Assembly (NCBI GenBank): GCA_001595785.1
Contig: LSSJ01000002.1
Coordinates: forward strand, 22,224 to 86,223
Direction of reading: 5' to 3'
From: Euryarchaeota archaeon SM23-78
Lineage (GTDB): Archaea > Nanobdellota > Nanobdellia > Woesearchaeales > SM23-78
Length of the DNA stretch: 64,000 nt
Under the pieces are notes generated by a model. The model saw only the letters and a program-made list of their open reading frames with translations, was not told where the DNA came from and did no database searches. Of the stretch, positions 30,495 through 40,608 are shown piece by piece (the first letter of the stretch is position 1; each line of letters starts with the position of its first letter). Both the position numbers and the translations under genes were made by a program.

Positions 30495-31127
30495 TCATTT
30501 TTCTTCTTTAAATTCAATAATCTCAGCTAATCTTTTAACAAATTTCTTTGCATCTTGCATTATTTCTTGTGCTTTACTCTTTTCATACTCTGGATCAGCA
30601 GAATATCTGGCTGCTCTATCTTTTTTTCTTGCATCATCCAAGGTTATGATATATTCTTCTTCTAATATCTTTTTTCCCTGGTCAAATAATTCTAAAGCTT
30701 CTTTTTCTAACTCATCTTTAATAACATAGAGTTTTGCTAGTGCATATTTGGTTGCTTGATGGTCATCACTCTTATAGTTTTGTTTAGCAAGAGCAGATAA
30801 AGCAGCATGGTACATGGCATAATAAGAAATAGCTATTACCCAACTATAACATTGGAAATCATCTGGTAAAACTAATTGTTCTTTAATACCAGCATTCTCT
30901 ACAACACCCATCATCATTTTTCCGACTAATAAGTTGTGCCTTGCATTCCTTAGATAGTTCTTGGTTAATCGTTTAACTCCTATTTTTTTACGTAGATAAA
31001 ACCTATCCTTGCTTTCTTTTCTAAGATATTCTTCAAACTGATTTTCAATTTCTCTTTTGTTGAATATTGGATTTTTATCACTCATTTTTTGCTTCCAGTA
31101 CAATCTTCCAAAAGGTTTCAGCACCAT
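30495..31127 (-). CDS. Putative HEPN-like partner of the adjacent nucleotidyltransferase
   Basis: Helical protein with an R...RH motif (LRNARHNLL). Overlaps the MNT gene 3' end. Alternative start at ATG 31085 would give an 8-nt overlap. Confidence 0.4.
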   Translation of the reverse strand: MVLKPFGRLYWKQKMSDKNPIFNKREIENQFEEYLRKESKDRFYLRKKIGVKRLTKNYLRNARHNLLVGKMMMGVVENAGIKEQLVLPDDFQCYSWVIAISYYAMYHAALSALAKQNYKSDDHQATKYALAKLYVIKDELEKEALELFDQGKKILEEEYIITLDDARKKDRAARYSADPEYEKSKAQEIMQDAKKFVKRLAEIIEFKEEK

Positions 31128-31701
31128 ATAGGATTATATGATTACTTAAGACTTCTTTTCCTACATTCAGTTCGTCTTTGTTGGTTATCATGTTTTTAAA
31201 CACCCGGCTATTAACCACAATCTGATTAATCTCATAATCATACATTGTTTCTAATGCACCTATTTCTCTTTGAATTATATTATTCTTGTCTTTTTTTTCA
31301 CATATAACCAACAAGTCAATATCGCTGGATTCAGTTGCTATTCCCTTTGCATATGAGCCAAAAAGAATAATGGATAATACTTCAATCTTGTTTGTAATCT
31401 TATTAACTAATTCTTGAAATAATGATTTTAATGCTGCTCTTTTGTTAAGAAAATGTTCTTTTTCATCAATAGAGTTGAGGATGAGCATTCCTTTGGTTTT
31501 TTCATTTTTTAGGTTTAAGGAACAAACAGTGCTATGGCCCCTTGTTTTTTTATTAAGTATGTTTTGTTTTATTAATTCAGTGGTATTATCATATATGAGA
31601 TGGTAACTCCTCTTTAGTTCATTTTTTATTTGGTGTATAGTTAATTCTTTATCAAGTTCTTTATTGAAGAGAGCAACTATTTTCAATTTTGTATTATTCA
31701 T
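31078..31701 (-). CDS. wHTH plus minimal nucleotidyltransferase (MNT) protein
   Basis: Catalytic motif LFGSYAKG...SDIDLLVI (GS...DxD). N-terminal HTH-like region. Paralog of 787-1380. Confidence 0.7.
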   Translation of the reverse strand: MNNTKLKIVALFNKELDKELTIHQIKNELKRSYHLIYDNTTELIKQNILNKKTRGHSTVCSLNLKNEKTKGMLILNSIDEKEHFLNKRAALKSLFQELVNKITNKIEVLSIILFGSYAKGIATESSDIDLLVICEKKDKNNIIQREIGALETMYDYEINQIVVNSRVFKNMITNKDELNVGKEVLSNHIILYGAETFWKIVLEAKNE

Positions 31702-31770
31702 AGTATTCTCCTTTTTAGGATAATATTATTCCAAATAGGATAACTCATATATAAAGCTTTGGGTTCTAAT

Positions 31771-31923
31771 CTAGAATTCTAGGGCTTTTCTTGTAAATTT
31801 CTTTCCCTTAGCTATGATGCTCTCAAATTCAAGAAGACATTTATAAATCTTAGTATTCCTAAGTATTTCCAGTTCTTGCTTCATTTGTTCAAATCCAGCT
31901 CTAGGAACAGTTACAGTGTTCAT
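31771..31923 (-). CDS. Possible small (50-aa) antitoxin-like ORF upstream of the MNT/HEPN pair
   Basis: MNTVTVPRAGFEQMKQELEILRNTKIYK... read from the reverse complement. Not in the track because it is shorter than 60 aa. Confidence 0.25.
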   Translation of the reverse strand: MNTVTVPRAGFEQMKQELEILRNTKIYKCLLEFESIIAKGKKFTRKALEF

Positions 31924-31961
31924 ATCTTACCATAGTGTTTTCATATAAATATTTTTCCTTT

Positions 31962-32180
31962 AATCACAAACCAAAAACCTTTTTGAGCAGTTGCGTTCAA
32001 AATCTACGTCTGTGCCTTGATTTCCTCAAAAATCAAAGATTTTTGGGACACAAAATTTTAAATTTTGTTGTGCCGCAGATTTACGCAGTAAATCAAGGCA
32101 TGGCCAGACAGAGCTTATCCATGTTCCCATCAAAAGAGCGAAGCTCTTTTGGGGTTCCAAAAACCTATGGTTTTTGTAAC
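31962..32180. repeat. MITE-like structured repeat, copy 2 (upstream flank of giant gene 32345-37537)
   Basis: Nested inverted repeats (gtctgtgccttgatt / aatcaaggcatggccagac; gatttacgcagtaaatc; ccaaaaacctatggtttttg). Shares modules ggccagac.gagc...ccatcaaaagagc..gctcttttggg and aattttgttgtgcc with the 37.6-kb copy. Confidence 0.55.
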
Positions 32181-32344
32181 TATATGGAGTACAGGGTTAT
32201 GGTAAGCGGAGTAGGAGATTTTGAACGCAGCCCCTTTCTGAGCATAAAGTTTTTAAACTCCGAATATCAGGAATTATATCTAGAGGAAAAGGGTGAGTGA
32301 TTTTTACTTGCTCAAATATATATATATATCCGCGCTGAGCAACG

Positions 32345-35300
32345 ATGAACACTAACAAATTATTAGCAATAACCTTATTTATTCTCTTCTTACCAATCAA
32401 GATGATTCTATCTTTAACTAATCATTTCTCTCATGTTCTTTCATTTAAAGGCTACGCCTTGCCTAGCTCAGCGTGGAAAAAACAAAGGAAAGGCGTAGCC
32501 TCTTTATTTATTTTAATCATACTTCTCTTATTAGTCACTATATCTAGTGCGCTGCCTCAAGTAAGCACTGATAAGAATGAATATGTACTTGGAGAAAAGG
32601 TAATGATTAGTATTAACAATGCCACAAATGATTCTGTAATGAAAATAATAGTTAATGAGAATATTTACAGATACATGGGTGAATTGAATCATGAAACAGA
32701 GTTCAGACCCTCAACAACAGGAGAGCATGTTATTAGTCTGGAATATGATACTAATAAGGAAGTAAAAACTAGTTTTGTAGTAAATCCAAGAGCAGATTCT
32801 TCTAGTATAACAACCATTAGAAAAGTGTATGGACCAAGTAGGATAACACAAGGAATTCAAGGAATAGAAGAGCAGATGCCAGTAATAATTGGTCTTCAAG
32901 AGGCAGAAGGAATAACTATAAGCAAGGATTGGCTCATAATAAGGAATCATGAACAAGAAATTGTTGAGAAAGATCTAGATTTGTATGATCTTAATTCAGG
33001 CAAAAAATATAGTGCTATTAAAAATGCAACTCATAACCCTGTTGGAACATATGATACTGAAATAAAGCTGGATAACTATCCAATTAAAAAAATATTCTTT
33101 AGAAATCTTGAAGCAAAAGGAATTTCAAATGTAGAACTAAGAATAGATGATCTTACATATAATGATGAGAAAGCAGGAACTACTAGCAGCCAATTCTATG
33201 TTATAGACCCAACAAGCCTTAACTTCACAGAGGCTTATGTAACTGTCACTGCAAAAGGAGATGTGCTAAGGAAGTGTAAGAATTGGAACTATACTGCTCA
33301 GAAATGCTATGGAACATGGGAGTATGTTATGGACATAATCCCAGGCCAAAACTACACCTTCCTGCTAACGCCAGAAGACCCTGCTTATAATGAGACAACG
33401 CACGATGCAGATGACTGCTATGATGAGTCAGTACCTGGAGCCTGTACTGGAGCTCAGGTAACAGCAATAAGCTCAAATGGAGGGACAACATATCAGTTTG
33501 ATAAGAATGCAGGAAGCCCTGTAAGAATAAGCTTTGAGAATGAGTCATCAACAATAGGCACAATAGTTGATTGCACTGTTTATGTTGATGGTTATGATAG
33601 TGAGGGCAATACATGGACCTTGCAATTAGGTAACTGGTCAACAAGCATCTGGGATAGTGCAGGAAGCGGACAAACAGCTCCAAGCCCAGAAGGAACTATT
33701 AGCTGGGGTTGCACCTCTCATTTTGGCACCAGTAATGATGATGCTTTATTTGATGATTTCGCTGTGAGAATAAGTACAGATGACAGGTCAAGACCAGCCA
33801 TAGCATATGTTGACCATGTTTATGTTGTTATAAACTTTTCAATACCAGACACGCAAGCACCTTATTATTCTAACATAGTTGCTGGTCCAGAAAGCCCAGC
33901 AACCTTTAGCCCTAGTGCAACCTATCAGTTCAACACAACATGGCAGGACAATGAAGGAGTAAACACCACTTGGATAGAGCACAACTTCACAGGAACCATG
34001 CAAAACTACACCTTTAGCACACATACAGGAGATGTATATTATTATAACTATGGAAACATAGGAGCAGGAAGCTATGTATGGAAAATGCATGCCAATGACA
34101 CAGCAGGAAACCAGAACAGCACTATGCCATGGCAAACATACACAATACAAAAAGCCAATAGCCAAGTAAACCTCTTACTTAATGGGACATCAGCTAATTT
34201 CACTATTAATAACTCTGGCAGTGCTAATATCACTGGTATATTGATAGCAGGAGAAGGAGACCTGACTATTTATGAGGAAGGAAGCCAGATTGCCAATGGA
34301 CCAAGCCCATTATCAACCATAAGAACCTACAGCTCACCGGGAAACTACAACATAACCTTGGTTTACATTGCTACACAAAATTATTCTACAAGCACAGAGA
34401 CTCATTTTGTAAGAGTACAAGATACCATACCCCCTGGAAATGTTACCAACCTTAATGAGACTGAAAAAGGCCAAACCTGGATTCTGTGGAACTGGACAGA
34501 GCCAGGAGACTCTGATTTGGACCATTATGAAATATGGGTGAACGGGTCACATGTAGACAATACCTCAAACGAATATTACAATGTTACTAGTCTACTGGCA
34601 GACACAACCTATGAGATACAGGTAAGGGCTGTGGATAACTGGACAACCCCTAACGTAGGAGACTTTGTTAATGATACTGCAACAACAGAGCCAAGTGCAG
34701 ATGTTACGCCACCAATAATAAGCAATGTGCTTAATAACAGCATAACAGACAGCTCTGTGAACATAACCTGGGATACTGATGAGGTATCAGACAGTGTGGT
34801 AAAGTATGGAACTTCGTCAGGAAGCTATACAGATACTGCTATAAACACATCCCAACTCACAAAGCACATAATTCATCTCACAGGATTAAAACCCAGCACA
34901 ATGTATTACTATGTTGTTAACAGCACAGACCCTGCAGGCAACACCAACCAGAGTAAAGAATATAACTTTACCACAGAAGCAGATGGAACACCACCTCATT
35001 ATTCTAGTATTATTGCCAGTCCATCAAGCCCAGCAACGTACAGCCCAGGCGCAACCTACCAGTTTAATACTACCTGGCAAGATAGTGGTTGGATAGACAA
35101 GGTATGGATTGAGCACAACTTCACAGGAACCATGCAAAATTATACATATGTACCTAATACAAGTAGTGTTTATTATTATAACTATGGAAACATAGCAGCA
35201 GGGAACTATGTTTGGAGAATGCACGCAAATGACAGTGCTGGGAATCAGAACAGCACTATGCCATGGCAGAACTACAAAGTTAATAAGTCAGCCAGCCAAG

Positions 35301-37537
35301 TGAATTTGCTTTTAAACCAAACAGGTGATAATATTAGTATTAATGAGAGTCAGAGTGTGAACATTACAGGAATCCTTGTGACTGGTCAAGGAAACATAAT
35401 CCTTTATCAAGATGCAGTTCAAATTAATTATGGACCAAGCCCATTAACAAACATAACAACTTATAACATCCCAGGCACATACAATATCACCTTGACATAC
35501 TATGCAACCCAGAACTACACTAAAAGCAAAGAAACACACTTCATAATTGTGAATGACACAAGAGCACCATGGATAAATCTCATAGACCCTAAGAATGGAA
35601 GCACAGACAGTGATGGAGATGTAATATTCAAGTTCAATGTAAATGATACAAGTGATGTTACAAACTGTTCTCTATATCTGAACGGAGAGCGCAATAAAAC
35701 AAAGGAAATCTTAACCAAAGGCCAGAATACCTTTACAGTTAATAATCTTAACAACGGTAACTACACCTGGTATGTTAATTGCAGTGACCCTGTAAACCAT
35801 ACAAACATAAGTGTAAAATGGAATTTAACAGTAGAGATAAATGAATTTTTCCCTTACATCTGGCCAGAAACCTGTTCTGACAGCGATGGGTGCACTGTGA
35901 ACAATATAAACAATACGCCAAATCAATGGGAAGAGCACGGAACTCTTTCTAAAAGTCCAAGATACAACTATGTGTACATAAACTTCACTCCCTCAAATAT
36001 ACCAGCAGGAAGCACCATACACTGGATGTATATCTTTTATGACAAATACCAAGAAACAACAAGCGGATGGTTCAGATTGGAATGGAGGAACGGAACAGAC
36101 CAGAACATAACTATATGTACTAATAGTTATGGAAGTGATGTTTATCATGCCCATGACTCTGTTAATTGCACCTTTTCAAATGAGACTATGCCAACAGTAA
36201 ATCGGTTAAATAGTGGGCTTGAACTAATAGTTACTTTTTATTATGGAGGTACTGCGTCAGGAAAACAATATGGAACAGATGAAACATACATAAACTTAAA
36301 GTATACTGAAGATGTTACTCCACCTACAGTAGAACTAGTATATCCAAATGCTTATCACAGACCAGGTCAGGTTAATTTCACCTATATCCCTAATGATAAA
36401 AACTTGGTTAATTGTACTCTTTACGGAGATTTCACTGGGAGCTGGGGTGAGAATCTCTCAGATACAACTGTAGTGTCAGGGCAAAAAGAAAACTTCACCA
36501 TAAACCTGGATGAAGGATACTACACCTGGAACGTCTACTGCTGTGACATAGCTGAGAACTGTGCATTTGATGAGATAGGAGGACCTAAAAATGATGGAAA
36601 CTACACAGTAAATATTACTAATCCAGACCTAATCGTAAATCAGATTACATTTAACACGTCAGATTATCTAACCAAAGAAGGAATGAACATAACTATTAAT
36701 GCAACCATAAAAAACCAAGGAAATGTAAATGTAACAGAAACCTTTAAGATACAATGGTGGATTGGAGACCCTGATAGTGGAGGAACCCAGATTAATGGTA
36801 ATGAAACCATCACCGGGCTCCTGGTTAATGAGGAAAAAACAGTGAGCATGAGCTGGATTATAGACAGAGGAGGACCCAGAAATATATATGTAATAGTGGA
36901 TCCGCCCTTAGCAACCAATGGAAGTGTAAAAGAAACAAAAGAGGATAATAATAAGAATAACAAGACATTGCATGTACCAGCATACAATTATTTCTATGGC
37001 CAGGCAGAAAACAACATCTACCTTGCCAATGCTGATAATGAGTCATTATACAACTACCTTAACATAGCCAATGTAACAGGAAACATATTTGTAGCAGATG
37101 AAGACAGTACAATAAGCTTTTCCTTACTCCAAGCAATAAGCAGAGATATAAATAATAATAGTGTAAGCAATGACTTTAATGACACAGACACAGCCCTTAG
37201 CATGACCGATTATAATGATTCAATAAGAAAAATATATACTGATAATACAGACATACCCATAGAAACCATGACCTTCACAGTATACACCAAAGACATAAAT
37301 GATGTGCCAGTAATTGACAGCACCAACACCAGCAACTTCAAGACAGGCATGCTCTGGGATAAGAGTGATGAAGGAACACAGTACAACGGAAGTCAGGACT
37401 TAATATTCATAACAGAAATCAATCAAGAACAAGAAGGAAAATACGGTACCTATGACTATGAAATAAGAGTGCCTGTTAACCTAAAGGATTACTTAGTAGC
37501 AGGAACCAATGTAGGCTTTTACTATGAGATAATATGA
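32345..37537 (+). CDS. Giant sequon-rich surface protein with conserved N-module, FN3 domains, HYR/Ig-like repeats, CARDB-like domain and conserved C-terminal domain
   Basis: KCKNWNYTAQKCYGTWEYVMDIIPGQNYTFLLTPEDP N-module. FN3 (WILWNWTEPGDSDLDHYEIWVNG...YEIQVRAVD). CARDB-like (…VIVDPPLATNGSVKETKEDNNKNN). C-terminus YDYEIRVP...VGFYYEII. True start may be the in-frame TTG near 32457, just before the KKQRK plus hydrophobic signal peptide. Confidence 0.8.
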   Translation: MNTNKLLAITLFILFLPIKMILSLTNHFSHVLSFKGYALPSSAWKKQRKGVASLFILIILLLLVTISSALPQVSTDKNEYVLGEKVMISINNATNDSVMKIIVNENIYRYMGELNHETEFRPSTTGEHVISLEYDTNKEVKTSFVVNPRADSSSITTIRKVYGPSRITQGIQGIEEQMPVIIGLQEAEGITISKDWLIIRNHEQEIVEKDLDLYDLNSGKKYSAIKNATHNPVGTYDTEIKLDNYPIKKIFFRNLEAKGISNVELRIDDLTYNDEKAGTTSSQFYVIDPTSLNFTEAYVTVTAKGDVLRKCKNWNYTAQKCYGTWEYVMDIIPGQNYTFLLTPEDPAYNETTHDADDCYDESVPGACTGAQVTAISSNGGTTYQFDKNAGSPVRISFENESSTIGTIVDCTVYVDGYDSEGNTWTLQLGNWSTSIWDSAGSGQTAPSPEGTISWGCTSHFGTSNDDALFDDFAVRISTDDRSRPAIAYVDHVYVVINFSIPDTQAPYYSNIVAGPESPATFSPSATYQFNTTWQDNEGVNTTWIEHNFTGTMQNYTFSTHTGDVYYYNYGNIGAGSYVWKMHANDTAGNQNSTMPWQTYTIQKANSQVNLLLNGTSANFTINNSGSANITGILIAGEGDLTIYEEGSQIANGPSPLSTIRTYSSPGNYNITLVYIATQNYSTSTETHFVRVQDTIPPGNVTNLNETEKGQTWILWNWTEPGDSDLDHYEIWVNGSHVDNTSNEYYNVTSLLADTTYEIQVRAVDNWTTPNVGDFVNDTATTEPSADVTPPIISNVLNNSITDSSVNITWDTDEVSDSVVKYGTSSGSYTDTAINTSQLTKHIIHLTGLKPSTMYYYVVNSTDPAGNTNQSKEYNFTTEADGTPPHYSSIIASPSSPATYSPGATYQFNTTWQDSGWIDKVWIEHNFTGTMQNYTYVPNTSSVYYYNYGNIAAGNYVWRMHANDSAGNQNSTMPWQNYKVNKSASQVNLLLNQTGDNISINESQSVNITGILVTGQGNIILYQDAVQINYGPSPLTNITTYNIPGTYNITLTYYATQNYTKSKETHFIIVNDTRAPWINLIDPKNGSTDSDGDVIFKFNVNDTSDVTNCSLYLNGERNKTKEILTKGQNTFTVNNLNNGNYTWYVNCSDPVNHTNISVKWNLTVEINEFFPYIWPETCSDSDGCTVNNINNTPNQWEEHGTLSKSPRYNYVYINFTPSNIPAGSTIHWMYIFYDKYQETTSGWFRLEWRNGTDQNITICTNSYGSDVYHAHDSVNCTFSNETMPTVNRLNSGLELIVTFYYGGTASGKQYGTDETYINLKYTEDVTPPTVELVYPNAYHRPGQVNFTYIPNDKNLVNCTLYGDFTGSWGENLSDTTVVSGQKENFTINLDEGYYTWNVYCCDIAENCAFDEIGGPKNDGNYTVNITNPDLIVNQITFNTSDYLTKEGMNITINATIKNQGNVNVTETFKIQWWIGDPDSGGTQINGNETITGLLVNEEKTVSMSWIIDRGGPRNIYVIVDPPLATNGSVKETKEDNNKNNKTLHVPAYNYFYGQAENNIYLANADNESLYNYLNIANVTGNIFVADEDSTISFSLLQAISRDINNNSVSNDFNDTDTALSMTDYNDSIRKIYTDNTDIPIETMTFTVYTKDINDVPVIDSTNTSNFKTGMLWDKSDEGTQYNGSQDLIFITEINQEQEGKYGTYDYEIRVPVNLKDYLVAGTNVGFYYEII

Positions 37538-37545
37538 TGATATAA

Positions 37546-37757
37546 TAAAAAAAATCTTTGGCCGTCTGGGCCGTTAATTGCATTGCCTGCTCATTTTTGC
37601 AGGCAAGCAATGGCCAGACGGAGCCATCAAAAGAGCTTTGCTCTTTTGGGATGCTCAGAAAAGTTTTACTTTTCTGGCACTCAAAATTTTCAATTTTGTT
37701 GTGCCAAAAACTCCGTTTTTGAGCACTTTGCGAAGCAAAGCAGAGTAGGCCAAAGAT
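37546..37757. repeat. MITE-like structured repeat, copy 3 (downstream flank of giant gene)
   Basis: ~14-bp terminal inverted repeats aaaaatctttggcc / ggccaaagattttt. Internal stems gccgtctgg/ccagacgg and gcattgcctgc/gcaggcaagcaatg. Shares modules with copies 2, 1 and 4. Confidence 0.55.
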
Positions 37758-37892
37758 TTTTTACAGCACAAAACATAAATTTTAAATACTAATAACAACC
37801 AAGAAAAACAAGAGGAAAAAAAGAGGTGGGGTAGTATAGAACCTAAGCCAAAGAAAAAAATCAAGGACTTCTTTAACCAAAGCAAAAAACTA

Positions 37893-38822
37893 GTGCAAGC
37901 ACCTAAAGAACTGCCAGAGATAACTGCACAAACGCAGCCTCCTATGCTTCCAAAAGAAGAGAAATCAATGCAACTAGAACAACCCCAGCCAAAACCATTT
38001 CAAGCATCAACCCAGGAACAACCAAAAAAAGAGTTTAAATTACCCAAAATAGAGCGCTCACCTGTTCAGGAAAGAAGTCACTCACCTCTGCACGAGGACA
38101 CAAGTGTTCAGGAAGATGATATGAAAGAATTTGAAGAAGCCATAAATAAAATAAATATAGACATGGTACACAGTGAAACACCAGAAACCTATAGCTCAAG
38201 TAAGGAAGAAGAAACTGAATATTATAAACCAGCAGAACTAGGAGAAGGCTATTTCTCAGAAATAGAGCATTACATAAAAAATAAGGATGTGAATGAGATA
38301 ATAGATGATGTAATGAAAAAAGACTTCTTAACTAGTATGAAAGACTATCATGGTGCAAGAGCCCAAGGAAAACCATTCTACCTGCACCAACAAGACCTTA
38401 AATACAAGTTAGAAAAAAAGATGGAGCAACTTAGAAGCTTGGAAGAAGAATGGCACAGCCTAAAGGCACAAATAGAAGAGAAGGAGAAGAAAAGAATAGA
38501 AATAGAGCAAAGAATAGAGCAGGAAAGCCAGGAACTAAAAGAATTATTCAGACAAATCAAGGTAAACCAGATATTAGAGCAACAATCACCCAAAGAACAC
38601 TACTTTAAGCTTAGAAATGGGCAAGAACTTAAAAACCTAAATGACCTGAGAAAAGTCCTTGAATACATGAGTGATGAGGATTTCAACCACCATGTAAACC
38701 AGGAGAAGAATGATTTTGCTATATGGATTAGAGAAGCCCTGCAAAACAAAGCGTTATATGAGAAGATAAAGGATACGAAGACAAGAGAAGAACTGCAAGA
38801 AATACTAAAGAACCCTCTATAA
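37893..38822 (+). CDS. Acidic coiled-coil protein whose C-terminal ~75 aa are homologous to the N-terminal extension of the KaiC-like ATPase
   Basis: GTG start. C-terminus NLNDLRKVLEYMSDEDFNHHVNQEKNDFAIWIREALQNKALYEKIKDTKTREELQEIL versus KaiC-like N-terminus NLWELRDFLSKTSDEIFTRYVNEEKNDFESWIRHSLKNQELADLVRKKKTREETVQII. Confidence 0.5.
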   Translation: MQAPKELPEITAQTQPPMLPKEEKSMQLEQPQPKPFQASTQEQPKKEFKLPKIERSPVQERSHSPLHEDTSVQEDDMKEFEEAINKINIDMVHSETPETYSSSKEEETEYYKPAELGEGYFSEIEHYIKNKDVNEIIDDVMKKDFLTSMKDYHGARAQGKPFYLHQQDLKYKLEKKMEQLRSLEEEWHSLKAQIEEKEKKRIEIEQRIEQESQELKELFRQIKVNQILEQQSPKEHYFKLRNGQELKNLNDLRKVLEYMSDEDFNHHVNQEKNDFAIWIREALQNKALYEKIKDTKTREELQEILKNPL

Positions 38823-38852
38823 ATTAAGATAATTAAAAAAAAATCTTTCTAC

Positions 38853-39623
38853 TTAAGATATGTCTGCATAGAAGTAATAAGTGGTTCCTGGGGTACCAAA
38901 GCTAATACTCCTGTTCTCAGCAACAATTATCTGAAAGTCATAAGTGTTATCCAAAGACGCATTATTATTAAAACCCCAAGCATCCTGTTCTATAAAAGTT
39001 GCAAATATAAAGTTACCATCAGTACGGTCATAGAGTGTGAGCTCTTGGAAATAAGCATTTGAATCAACTGTCTGAGCAGTATCATTCACATAAGTAGCTG
39101 TGCTCTGGCAACTGTTAGCAGCAATATTTGAAGGACCACTCATATCCATTGCGCTGTGAAGGCTGGCATTAAAAGTGTTATTAATACTATAAGGGTCACT
39201 ACTACTCATTCCAAAGAAGTTCTGCTCACTTATTATATTAGTATCATTAGCACACTCAACATTAGTCCAGTCCACACTATCATTCCTACTTACAAAAACA
39301 AAACCTGACATAGAAGTACTGTTCATACCCCACTCATAAATACTCCAGCCATCACTATTCCTTAAAACAAGCATACCAGTAATGTTTCCAACATAACCCT
39401 TCCAAGAAGGTTCTTGCTGAGTAACTGCAAGATTTATAGTAATAATATAGCCTCCAGGATCACTTCTGGATTCAATAACAGAAGTATAGGTAGAATTACT
39501 GATATAATTAACCTCAGCCCCAACAGGATCTGCACTAGTAAAATGAATTATAATAAATGTAAGATACAGAACCAATCCTAGTATTAGAAAAACCAGTTTT
39601 AGCTCCTGCTTGATCTTCCTCAC
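38853..39623 (-). CDS. Small secreted sequon-rich protein, family member A (C-terminal YYFYADIS)
   Basis: GTG start with GAGGTGA upstream. Sec signal peptide with FTSA|DP site. SWKGYVGNITG...IYEW and YDFQIIVAEN...TTYYFYADIS family blocks. Confidence 0.7.
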   Translation of the reverse strand: MRKIKQELKLVFLILGLVLYLTFIIIHFTSADPVGAEVNYISNSTYTSVIESRSDPGGYIITINLAVTQQEPSWKGYVGNITGMLVLRNSDGWSIYEWGMNSTSMSGFVFVSRNDSVDWTNVECANDTNIISEQNFFGMSSSDPYSINNTFNASLHSAMDMSGPSNIAANSCQSTATYVNDTAQTVDSNAYFQELTLYDRTDGNFIFATFIEQDAWGFNNNASLDNTYDFQIIVAENRSISFGTPGTTYYFYADIS

Positions 39624-39695
39624 TTAGTCACCTCGTTGCAAGCAAAAAAATATAAGTAACAGGGCAATAACCCTGTTCCTTACTATAGTTGCGGT

Positions 39696-40478
39696 TTATT
39701 CTATCTCTGCCCAAAAGTAGTAAGTGGTTGTTGTGTCTTCAAAACCGTCCTGCCCGTTCTCTGCTACTAGGAGCTGGAAGTCGTGAGTTACTCCGTCAAA
39801 GCCCACAATGTCTGTGCTGTTATCAGCTACATTGTTCTCAATAATTGTAGTGAAAATAAGAACAGCTGTGTCTGTTAACAACACATTCTCAAAGTTCTCA
39901 TTTACTGGAGCTCCGTTCTGATAAGCATTTGTAGCAGGGCAGGTATTTGTTGTTATGTTATGTGTACCAACCTTAAAGAAAAGGTTCATGTTATCAGTAA
40001 AGGTCTCATTAATACCATCTGAATCATCATCTTGAATCCCAAACCAGCCTTCTGCTGTATCAACAGTAAATCCATTGCTTCCATCAAACTCAAAGCAGGC
40101 AATAGCACTCCAGTTAATAGTGTTATTTATGCAAGCATAAATCTCTCCTTTTGGCTCCATAGTAGACCAGTTGTAAAACACATTGCCACTTGAATCCTCC
40201 AAGGTCAGAGTACCTGTAATCTCTCCATAGTAACCCTGCCAAGCCTTGGTCGTAGAAATGGCTGTTAGGTTGAGCTCTGTTATGTTACCTGCTTCTGCTT
40301 CTGTTTGAGAAGGTGGGTAAGAAGACAGGTCTGGTCTTGATGATGCACCAGGCGCTATGTTTGTCACGCCAAAGGGCTCATCAGAATCTGCCCATACAAA
40401 TACTGCCATTAGACTAAAGACGGCTAGAAAGCCGAATATAAGTAGAGTTGTACTTATTTCCTTTTTCATATTTATCAC
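39696..40478 (-). CDS. Small secreted sequon-rich protein, family member B (C-terminal YYFWAEIE)
   Basis: Signal peptide VWA|DSDEP. AWQGYYGEITG...FYNW and HDFQLLVAENG...TTYYFWAEIE. CTTGCAACGGTGA immediately upstream of the ATG. Confidence 0.7.
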   Translation of the reverse strand: MINMKKEISTTLLIFGFLAVFSLMAVFVWADSDEPFGVTNIAPGASSRPDLSSYPPSQTEAEAGNITELNLTAISTTKAWQGYYGEITGTLTLEDSSGNVFYNWSTMEPKGEIYACINNTINWSAIACFEFDGSNGFTVDTAEGWFGIQDDDSDGINETFTDNMNLFFKVGTHNITTNTCPATNAYQNGAPVNENFENVLLTDTAVLIFTTIIENNVADNSTDIVGFDGVTHDFQLLVAENGQDGFEDTTTTYYFWAEIE

Positions 40479-40561
40479 CGTTGCAAGTTTTTAAGTTATG
40501 TTTAAATGCAAGCTTATCTAGGGTGACATACCCTAAATTAATATACACATAGGTATACCCA

Positions 40562-40576
40562 TATATAAATGTTTCG
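40562..40576 (-). promoter_or_regulatory. Conserved BRE/TATA-like promoter motif (minus-sense AAATCGAAACATTTATATA) for gene 39696-40478
   Basis: 15-mer tatataaatgtttcg is identical at 48097-48111 and 52078-52092. On the minus strand it reads CGAAACA (BRE-like) plus TTTATATA. Confidence 0.5.
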
Positions 40577-40608
40577 ATTTTTAATGGTTTTTAAAGAAAA
40601 AAACACTA

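Noticed and set aside
32000-32020. tRNA-like T-loop (gcgttcaaaatc) inside repeat copy 2
   Set aside because: It does not fit the GTTC(R)ANYC T-arm, and there is no acceptor or anticodon stem arrangement around it. It is part of the repeat hairpins.
31935-32300. Track ORF (121 aa) upstream of the giant gene
   Set aside because: It lies entirely within the MITE-like repeat and hairpin region. Its translation is low-complexity with no domain signal, so it is more likely a non-coding repeat.
37583-37885. Track ORFs 37583-37792 (+) and 37655-37885 (−)
   Set aside because: They overlap repeat copy 3 and each other. The composition is driven by the structured repeat, not by coding sequence.
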